Made by a program: the position numbers and the translations under genes. Shown in pieces: positions 57,103 through 64,000 of a stretch of 64,000 nt of DNA. Source of the stretch: Polyangiaceae bacterium (lineage in GTDB: Bacteria; Myxococcota_A; Polyangia; Polyangiales; Polyangiaceae); assembly GCA_033763455.1 (NCBI GenBank), contig JANRKO010000033.1, positions 64,001-128,000 of the forward strand, read 5' to 3'. The notes beneath the pieces were generated by a model. It saw nothing but the letters and a program-made list of their open reading frames with translations, was not told the DNA's origin and ran no database searches. Every line of letters begins with the position of its first letter. The stretch's first letter is position 1.

Positions 57103-58065
57103 ATGACAACGCACCCAATGTTCGATGAAATGACACGACATTCCACGCTGATGACGCGTTTACCGGAAACCGGAGACACGCAAGCTCGAGTAAAAATCGG
57201 CAACCGCGATGTCGGTGAGGGGGAGCCCGTCTATTTGATTGCGGAGATCGGCATTAATCACAACGGCGACCTCGATATCGCCAAACGCCTCATTTCTGGC
57301 GCCAAGCGCGCCGGTTGCGACGCCGTCAAGTTCCAGAAGCGAACCCCGGAAATCTGCGTACCCAAAAGCCAGTGGGATCTGATGCGAGATACGCCCTGGG
57401 GGCGCCTAACGTACATCGATTACAAGCGACGCATCGAGTTCGGCGAAGCGGAATACCGGGAGATCGACCGATTTTGCCGACGAGAAGGCATCGATTGGTT
57501 TGCCTCCTGTTGGGACCCGGAGTCTGTAGAGTTTATCGAGAAATTTGAGCCCCCATGTTACAAGATCGCATCGGCCTCAATAACGGACATTGAACTTCTG
57601 CAGAAGCTCAAGTCCATAGGTCGCCCCGCGATACTTTCCACTGGTATGTCCACCTCGGCCGAAGTGCACACTGCAGTTCAAACTCTGGGCATGGAGGGCC
57701 TCTTGATCGCGCACGCAACCTCCACGTACCCGTGCCCGCTAGAAGAGCTCAATCTACGAATGATTCAGACTCTGAAGCTCCGCTACCCGAACTGTCCGGT
57801 GGGGTACTCGGGGCATGAAACAGGGCTTGCTCCTACGTGGGCTGCGGTGGCTATGGGGGCCACGTTTGTCGAACGTCACATCACGCTCGACCGTGCCATG
57901 TGGGGAACAGACCACGCGGCGTCCGTAGAGCTGAGCGGCCTTCAAAGGTTGGTTGCTCAGGTGCGAGACATCGAAAAAGCTTTCGGCGATGGCATCAAGT
58001 GCGTTTACCCGAGTGAGGTTCCCTACCGCGAGAAATTGCGACGAGTAGCCTCCACGGAAGCCTGA
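57103..58065 (+). CDS. neuB: NeuB/SpsE-family nonulosonate (-9-phosphate) synthase, TIM barrel only
   Basis: IAEIGINHNG, DAVKFQKR, KIASA, STGM, GYSGHE and ERHITL...GTDH; ends without the antifreeze-like domain. Confidence 0.92.
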   Translation: MTTHPMFDEMTRHSTLMTRLPETGDTQARVKIGNRDVGEGEPVYLIAEIGINHNGDLDIAKRLISGAKRAGCDAVKFQKRTPEICVPKSQWDLMRDTPWGRLTYIDYKRRIEFGEAEYREIDRFCRREGIDWFASCWDPESVEFIEKFEPPCYKIASASITDIELLQKLKSIGRPAILSTGMSTSAEVHTAVQTLGMEGLLIAHATSTYPCPLEELNLRMIQTLKLRYPNCPVGYSGHETGLAPTWAAVAMGATFVERHITLDRAMWGTDHAASVELSGLQRLVAQVRDIEKAFGDGIKCVYPSEVPYREKLRRVASTEA

Positions 58066-58078
58066 AAAGAGAAAGTGG

Positions 58079-58873
58079 GTGAGCTCTACGGCCTTCATCA
58101 CATTCGGCTCGATCACGCTAGGCGCAGCGCTTCTCGTCGGGTTGGAGCGTTTTCGCCCGTACGAGCCGAGGCAACGTTTCTTAAGGCCGGGCCTCGGAAC
58201 GGACCTCTTCTTGTATGCGATCGCGCAAAGCTATGTCTTGAGTTTGGTCATTGCCGGCATCATCGCTGGGATCAGCGCGAACGTGAGCTGGTTCGACGGA
58301 GGTTTGGTGAACTCGTGGCCTCTCTGGGTGCAGCTCGCTTTCTTCTTCGTGGTGCACGATTTCTATATTTACTGGTTTCACCGGCTGCAACACAAATCGG
58401 ACACTCTCTGGCGCCTTCACGAAGCGCACCATTCTGTGAAAGATGTGGATTGGCTCTCCGGGGCACGCTCCCACGCACTCGAGATCTTGATCAATCAAAC
58501 GATAGAATTTGCCCCGATGCTTCTTTTGGGGGCAGCGCCAGAAGTCATTGTAGCGAAAGGCGTCCTGGACGCCCTTTGGGGGATGTACATTCATTCAAAC
58601 ATCGACGTACGATCCGGCGTGCTGCAGTACGTTATTAACGGCCCGGAAATGCACCGCTGGCATCACGCTCGGGAAATTAAAGCGCCGGGCATGAACTTCG
58701 GCACCAAGTTGGCGATCTGGGATTGGCTCTTCGGAACGGCTTTCTTGCCGCCGGAAAAGCCCCAAGCTTATGGCCTGCCCGACATTGACTACCCAAAAGA
58801 AGGCTGGGCCGCCTACTTCTTGCACCATGTGCACTCGTTCCGGCGTTCGACGCCTCCCCAGCTACCGCCCTAA
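58079..58873 (+). CDS. Sterol desaturase/fatty-acid hydroxylase family membrane diiron enzyme
   Basis: His boxes HRLQH, HEAHH, HSN and HRWHH; NFG....WD.LFGT. Confidence 0.92.
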   Translation: MSSTAFITFGSITLGAALLVGLERFRPYEPRQRFLRPGLGTDLFLYAIAQSYVLSLVIAGIIAGISANVSWFDGGLVNSWPLWVQLAFFFVVHDFYIYWFHRLQHKSDTLWRLHEAHHSVKDVDWLSGARSHALEILINQTIEFAPMLLLGAAPEVIVAKGVLDALWGMYIHSNIDVRSGVLQYVINGPEMHRWHHAREIKAPGMNFGTKLAIWDWLFGTAFLPPEKPQAYGLPDIDYPKEGWAAYFLHHVHSFRRSTPPQLPP

Positions 58874-60802
58874 AGCACTTCGAACACGCTGAACGAGATT
58901 CGCGGCGTCGAGACCGTGATGCTGCAATACTTCCTGATTTCGACCACACGCGGGCACGGATTCAATCCCGATGTTGTGCACCCGAACCGCGTCCAAGCCG
59001 AGGGCCGCCACGGTGGCTCCTATTAGCTGCCCCTGACCGCCCAATACATAGTGATTATCAAGCGTAAAGACATGTCGACGAGAACCCACGACGCGGGCGA
59101 GCCAAGCTTCATCGATGCGGTTCAGCCACGGTAGCGATACGACTCCCACCTGAAGCCCATGCTGAGCCTCTAGCGCCAGCGACGCATTCCAAGCTTCCGC
59201 GAGAAGTACTGGTCCGTAGGCAATGATCACGGCGTCCGCCCCTTCGCGAAGTTCGGTGCCTTTGCCCAATTCGAGCGCACTTTCGGGCAACTGGAACGGG
59301 ATTTCACAAGGAATGCTCACGAGGCGTAGCCACACGCTCGACGGTGCTCGCTCAATCGCCCACTCCAACGCACGGGCCACCTCCGCTTCCGTGGACGGCT
59401 CAAGCAAAATGAGCCCCGGGATAGCACCCACAGCAGAGATATCCCGCACAGATTGGTGGGAGTGCCCAGGGCCAGCCGGCAAGAGCCCCGCGAGCGATGC
59501 TGTGTAGATAACTCGCGAGTGTTCGGTGGCGTTGTTGTAAATCTGCTCATTGGCTCGAGTGGAGAGAAAACACGCGAAGGAATGGCAAATCGGTAGAAAG
59601 CCCTCACGTGCGAGGCTTCCAGCCTGGCTCACCATGTCCATCTCGGCGATGCCGCATTCTATGAAGCGTTCAGGGTACGCGTCGCGTGCCGGTAACTGTC
59701 CCGTATCCACCAGCAGATCCGCATCCATCACCACTAAGTTGGGAACCTTGCCCATCTGGGAAAGCAGCGCTCGCGAGTAGGCCCCGATCAAGCTCTCCTT
59801 GGGCCCAGTCGTAGGGACCGCGGCACTCTCTTGTGATTCAAAATGTAAGCGAGAAACCCCTAGAGCGTCGCATTGGCGATGAAGGCTTGCGATGAGCTCC
59901 TCTGCGGCACGTTGGTAATTTTCGGAGTCAGGTGCCCCAGAATGAAAGCGATAAAATGACACATCTGAGTCGAGGCTCGTGTGCTCCATGAACGAGACAC
60001 CGCGGCCCTTGATCGTGTGCGCTATGATTACCTGAGGTCTATCGGTTACGGCACGAGCGGCCGCTAGTATCTCGCCGAGCGACCAGTAATCGTGCCCATC
60101 CACCGAAAAGACGGCCCAACCGAAAGCCTCGAACTTTTTGACAAGATCACCAAGCTCGCTCGTCTTCGCGACGAAGGTGTCGCTTTGAAGCTTATTGTGG
60201 TCGACAATAACAGTAATCTCGGAAAGCTTGTGGTTCGCTGCCGACACCAACGATTCCCAGATCTGCCCCTCCTGAAGCTCGCCATCTCCCGTTAACACGT
60301 AGATCCTCCCTGATCGCTCCTTTTGACGGCGCGCCCAAGCCATGCCCTTGGCCTTGGAAATGCCCATCCCGAGGGATCCAGTATTGGCCACCATCCCCGG
60401 TGTTCCAACGTCTGGATGGCCTGGCAAACCTTTGAGTACCCTCAACTGGTGCAACAAGGCGAAGGGCAACAACCCGAGGCCAAGCCGCACGGCGTACAGA
60501 CCAGGGGCGTCATGACCCTTGGAAGAAAAGTAGACGTTCGCATTTGGCGCCGGGATACCAGTAGGGCTGAGTTCTAACTCATTCAGATGGAGCCAGGTGA
60601 CGATATCAAGGCTTGAGAAAGAACTGCCCAGATGCCCCGAGCCGGCTCGGGCTATCATGTACAGCACGTTCAGGCGGCAAGCATCCGCGAACAACTGCGC
60701 GCGCCGCTCGGGCTCAATCTTGAGGCTCAAAATCTGCTCAAATTGTGCCAACGGAACCCAAACTAGGTTACCGGCAACAACTTCACCCACTAGGTCGCCC
60801 AT
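58862..60802 (-). CDS. Transketolase-family ThDP enzyme (single chain)
   Basis: SGH.G.S.S, SKGH, L.GHP, TGSLG.G, GDGELQEG...N, HT.KG.G, GIAE..M and GHSHQ. Confidence 0.92.
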   Translation of the reverse strand: MGDLVGEVVAGNLVWVPLAQFEQILSLKIEPERRAQLFADACRLNVLYMIARAGSGHLGSSFSSLDIVTWLHLNELELSPTGIPAPNANVYFSSKGHDAPGLYAVRLGLGLLPFALLHQLRVLKGLPGHPDVGTPGMVANTGSLGMGISKAKGMAWARRQKERSGRIYVLTGDGELQEGQIWESLVSAANHKLSEITVIVDHNKLQSDTFVAKTSELGDLVKKFEAFGWAVFSVDGHDYWSLGEILAAARAVTDRPQVIIAHTIKGRGVSFMEHTSLDSDVSFYRFHSGAPDSENYQRAAEELIASLHRQCDALGVSRLHFESQESAAVPTTGPKESLIGAYSRALLSQMGKVPNLVVMDADLLVDTGQLPARDAYPERFIECGIAEMDMVSQAGSLAREGFLPICHSFACFLSTRANEQIYNNATEHSRVIYTASLAGLLPAGPGHSHQSVRDISAVGAIPGLILLEPSTEAEVARALEWAIERAPSSVWLRLVSIPCEIPFQLPESALELGKGTELREGADAVIIAYGPVLLAEAWNASLALEAQHGLQVGVVSLPWLNRIDEAWLARVVGSRRHVFTLDNHYVLGGQGQLIGATVAALGLDAVRVHNIGIESVPACGRNQEVLQHHGLDAANLVQRVRSALGR

Positions 60803-61046
60803 AGTTCTAACGGTTACTCCACAACAACGTTGTTGATGCGGCGCCAGCGCTGTGGCGATTGGGCAACGCAGTGAGCTGGCGTACTTGGAGCTTGCGCTGA
60901 GGAAGCATCTACGGAGGAGAGTCGCACCTAGCTGGGGTCATTACCGTCACGGTTCGGTCACTTCGACGGAGCGTGAACAAGCCGGAGACCCGGGCGCAGT
61001 CGGGCGATAACGCCGCCTGATGCAAGTCCGCAAGAATTGTACGTTT

Positions 61047-61062
61047 TGGCACGACTACTGCT
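61047..61062 (+). promoter_or_regulatory. Sigma-54 (-24/-12) promoter
   Basis: TGGCACGactaCTGCT, GG-N10-GC, about 75 bp before ATG 61136. Confidence 0.65.
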
Positions 61063-61135
61063 AATCGGCGAGGAGGCTCCGGCTTGGCCCCACCGCCCGA
61101 GCTACTCGTTCGGTGAGCCAAAGGCTCCCGTATCT

Positions 61136-61585
61136 ATGACTTTGCTACTGCTCCTTCCGCTCTTTTTGCAGGCGCTGGCAATGTTCTTCGACGAGTTCGT
61201 ATTTCATCGGGCGCGCGGGTTGCCAAGGTGGGAGCGTCTGGGGCACCCGCTTGATACTTTGACAGTGGCTGTTTGCTATGGATGGCTCGTGTCAACGCCG
61301 CCGACGCGTGCCCACGCCGTTGCGGTGTACGTTGTACTTTGTGCCTTTTCGTGCCTGTTCATTACGAAAGACGAGTTCGTGCACGCGCGCCTATGCAAGC
61401 CCGCCGAGGCGTGGCTTCACGCGGTATTGTTTGTACTTCATCCAGCGGTATTCTTGGCCCTTGGAATTATCTGGATGCGCGGAGGCAACGAGTGGATTCC
61501 AAAGGCCGTGCTTGGTGCAACGTTGGCTATGATGATGTACCAGCTCATTTACTGGAGCCCGCGCTGGCACTGGGGTGACAAGTGA
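61136..61585 (+). CDS. Small multi-TM membrane protein with conserved DE..H motifs
   Basis: FDEF.FH..R.LP.WER.GHPLD, KDE.VH...C...E.WLH..LF..HP; several hydrophobic segments. Confidence 0.75.
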   Translation: MTLLLLLPLFLQALAMFFDEFVFHRARGLPRWERLGHPLDTLTVAVCYGWLVSTPPTRAHAVAVYVVLCAFSCLFITKDEFVHARLCKPAEAWLHAVLFVLHPAVFLALGIIWMRGGNEWIPKAVLGATLAMMMYQLIYWSPRWHWGDK

Positions 61586-61624
61586 GAATGTCTTGCTTGG
61601 CGTGAGTGTTTCACGCGCCACCAC

Positions 61625-61654
61625 GCCTCAGTCGCGCTGATTTGCCTCAGTCGC
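61625..61654. repeat. Direct repeat gcctcagtcgc x2 (19-bp period), candidate enhancer (UAS)
   Basis: Copies at 61625-61635 and 61644-61654, about 105-135 bp upstream of the second sigma-54 promoter. Confidence 0.45.
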
Positions 61655-61757
61655 CCCAATATCCACACCCGTCATCGTTTGCCGAGGGTGCCTACGCCAC
61701 TCTGTTTTCCCTTCCTCCCCCGCTAACAAACCGTTGTGCGCGGCCAGGCCAGCATGA

Positions 61758-61773
61758 GGGCACGTAAGTTGCA
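61758..61773 (+). promoter_or_regulatory. Sigma-54 (-24/-12) promoter
   Basis: GGGCACGtaagTTGCA, GG-N10-GC, 50 bp before the PKS ATG. Confidence 0.65.
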
Positions 61774-61823
61774 GCAACATTCGCAGAAGCGCGCCCCGCG
61801 CCCCGCGTCGCGACTAGCTCACC

Positions 61824-62993
61824 ATGCTCACCCTAACCAATTTCTCAATGCAGTCACCGCGTTTCCAAATTTCTCAGGAACGAGCGCTCGCTTGGCTCAC
61901 CGACGTGCACGCTCAGTCCGAATCCACGAAGCGAACGCTGTCTTCCGAGCAAAGGGCCGATTTCGCAGCTCGATTCAGTAAACTGGTGAAGCGTTGCGCC
62001 TGCGGCCCAGACAAGATTGGTGCGCGCGGTCACTCGGTCGATCTCGCCTCGAAGGAGTCCGAAGATCACGCGCTTTACGACGTGGGTCGCCACCCGCAGG
62101 GGCTTGGAACGGTAGCGCGATCGCGTCTTTTCGCCGAGGTCGTCGATTCGTACTTCGAGACCGAGTACGCGGAAGAATCGACGGCGCCGAGCGAACTCAT
62201 TCATGTCACTTGTACCGGTTACGTGGCACCCAGCGGCGCGCAGCGGTTAGTCGCTAAAAAAGACTGGGGCAGTGCTACACGTGTAACGCATGCGTACCAT
62301 ATGGGTTGCTATGCCGCTCTCCCAGCTATCCGAATCGCGGCGGGCAGCTTGGGTTTACCGGCTGCGCTAGGTCCGGACAACGTTCTCCGACGCGCAGACA
62401 TCGTGCACACCGAGCTCTGCACGCTCCACCTCGATCCGAGTGATCATTCCATGGAGCAGTGCGTTGTCCAGAGCCTCTTCGGTGACGGGTTTATTCGCTA
62501 CTCGGTGTTCGACGGGAGCCACATCCCTGGGCTCTCTATCCTATCCCTGAGCGAAGACACACTCCCGGATTCGACAGGCTCCATGGGCTGGAGCGTGGGA
62601 GATTTTGGCATGCGCATGACGTTAGCACGCGACGTGCCTGAGAAGATCGCGGCCTCGCTACGTCCATTCGTCACCGCTCTGTTCCGCAAAGCCAACATCA
62701 GCGTTGCCGATAATCTTGGCAGCACTGTGTTCGCTGTGCATCCGGGTGGCCCCAAAATTATTGATCACGTTCGCGACACGCTTGCGCTAAGGAACGAACA
62801 ACTTCAGACGAGTAGGAACGTGCTGTTCGAACACGGCAATATGTCTTCAGCCACCTTGCCGCATGTATGGATGCGGATCGTTGGCGCCCCCGAAATCAGC
62901 GTGGGCACTTTGGTGCTAAGCCTCGCATTTGGGCCAGGCCTTACCGTGTGCGGTGGTCTGTTTCGCAAAACCAGAGGCAGCACCGCGCCTTAA
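61824..62993 (+). CDS. Type III polyketide synthase (chalcone synthase-like)
   Basis: VTCTG, catalytic Cys HMGCYAA, ELC, LFGDG, His VHPGG, Asn GNMSS and AFGPGLT. Confidence 0.95.
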   Translation: MLTLTNFSMQSPRFQISQERALAWLTDVHAQSESTKRTLSSEQRADFAARFSKLVKRCACGPDKIGARGHSVDLASKESEDHALYDVGRHPQGLGTVARSRLFAEVVDSYFETEYAEESTAPSELIHVTCTGYVAPSGAQRLVAKKDWGSATRVTHAYHMGCYAALPAIRIAAGSLGLPAALGPDNVLRRADIVHTELCTLHLDPSDHSMEQCVVQSLFGDGFIRYSVFDGSHIPGLSILSLSEDTLPDSTGSMGWSVGDFGMRMTLARDVPEKIAASLRPFVTALFRKANISVADNLGSTVFAVHPGGPKIIDHVRDTLALRNEQLQTSRNVLFEHGNMSSATLPHVWMRIVGAPEISVGTLVLSLAFGPGLTVCGGLFRKTRGSTAP

Positions 62994-63005
62994 GATGCTA
63001 GCAAC

Positions 63006-63779
63006 ATGACCGAAAATCCGACGCACCTAACGCCCGTGAACAACGACATCTACGCTACCCTCGGAGAGCGTTGGTACAGCGCCGAAGATGACCCTGTGGC
63101 GCTCTTGCGGGCGGAATCAAGGCTGCGCAACCCGTGGGTGGCCCAAGAAATCCGGCGCAAGCTTGGCGTCTCTTCCGCGGATATTTTGGACATCGGTTGC
63201 GGTGGCGGGTTCCTTGCTAATTACCTCGGCTCACTGGGTCATCGCGTCACCGGCCTAGACGCTTCGAACGATGCGCTGGCGGTGGCTGCCAGCCATGATT
63301 CCGGACAGACTGTTCACTACCAACAAGGTGACGCCCTACGCCTTCCCTTTGCCGACGCAACTTTTGACGTGGTATGCGCCATGGATTTTCTGGAGCACGT
63401 GGAAAACCCTGAGCAGGCGATCGCAGAGGCCGCGCGCGTACTCAGGCCGTCAGGCTTGTTCTTCTTTCATACATTCAACCGCAACCTGCTGTGCTGGCTC
63501 GTAGTGATCAAAGGGGTTGAGTGGTTTGTACGCAACACTCCCCAACGCATGCACATTTTGCGACTATTTTTGAAACCTGCAGAGGTTATTGCCTGGTGCG
63601 CCGAGCGCGGCCTCCACTCCGTTCAGGTCCGAGGGACACGGCCACAGTTTGGCTGGGCATTCTTTAGGATGTTGTTCACGCGGCGAGTTTCCGCAGAATT
63701 TAGCTTCGCTTTCACGCCTTCAACTCGACTTGGATATAGCGGAGTTGCAACGAAAACCTCAGCGGAGCCGGACGCGTGA
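63006..63779 (+). CDS. ubiG: UbiG-like SAM-dependent O-methyltransferase
   Basis: LDIGCGGG.L, DFLEHV, L.P.G..F..T.NR and H....F.KP.E. Confidence 0.8.
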   Translation: MTENPTHLTPVNNDIYATLGERWYSAEDDPVALLRAESRLRNPWVAQEIRRKLGVSSADILDIGCGGGFLANYLGSLGHRVTGLDASNDALAVAASHDSGQTVHYQQGDALRLPFADATFDVVCAMDFLEHVENPEQAIAEAARVLRPSGLFFFHTFNRNLLCWLVVIKGVEWFVRNTPQRMHILRLFLKPAEVIAWCAERGLHSVQVRGTRPQFGWAFFRMLFTRRVSAEFSFAFTPSTRLGYSGVATKTSAEPDA

Positions 63780-64000
63780 ACATGCAGGCAACGCGCGGGG
63801 TCGAAAGTACCCTTTCGGGAGGCCCGACGTCTGCTGCGCGCCGGGGTATTTGTGGGAGGCTCCCGGGCCCGATCGAGCGGCACCCCACCCAAACTCCTTG
63901 AAACTCGGGCTTATGCTGCCCTGCGCGCCGTCACCCAGGGGGAAGTCGAAATTACGCTTTCCAGCAAAGCTGCATGCTGCCGGGTGACCTAGATGCGCTC

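Noticed and set aside
58862..60802. Calling this gene dxs
   Set aside because: GDGELQEG and SKGH motifs are transketolase-type, not the DXS GDGA/WDVGHQ pattern
60900..61000. agccggagacc resembles the 3' end of a cobalamin riboswitch
   Set aside because: The upstream GGGAA and other core elements are absent, and the downstream gene is not B12-related
63780..64000. Possible ORF or structured RNA at the window end
   Set aside because: No recognisable motif, and the context is cut off by the window edge

Overview
The gene content points to a myxobacterium (Polyangiaceae/Sorangiineae-like): Gly-rich lipoproteins, DUF1592/DUF1552 pairs, an RCC1-repeat Ser/Thr kinase, FHA proteins and a type III PKS. 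This assignment is an inference. 0.1-22 kb is mostly housekeeping, repair and signalling: DUF72, a PAS hybrid kinase, divergent ku/ligD, DsbD-like, comF, mutT, an FHA protein, ruvA, a sigma-54 activator, an atypical Clp ATPase and a 1-Cys peroxiredoxin. 22.4-42.7 kb is an accessory block. It holds three DUF1592-type CxxCH lipoprotein plus Tat-exported DUF1552 cassettes, interleaved with carbohydrate-active modules (LamG, SGNH esterase, double beta-helix, PA14, a DUF2341/LamG remnant). At its centre is a head-to-head pair: an RCC1 receptor kinase and a double winged-helix regulator. I found a bipartite motif, RCGCRW-N4-TGTAAGS, in four upstream regions of this block, which suggests an undescribed regulon. 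43-51.4 kb has an SDR, a pseudo-receiver/J-like protein, folK and atpF'-F-H-A-G; AtpA carries a ~50 aa insertion and atpD/atpC do not follow. 51.5-60.8 kb is a nonulosonic-acid-like amino-sugar cluster with a flippase-like gene, a lipid hydroxylase and a transketolase. 61-63.8 kb is a type III PKS/methyltransferase locus with two sigma-54 promoters. I saw no rRNA, tRNA, CRISPR array or transposase. All family calls come from motifs recognised by eye, not from database searches.
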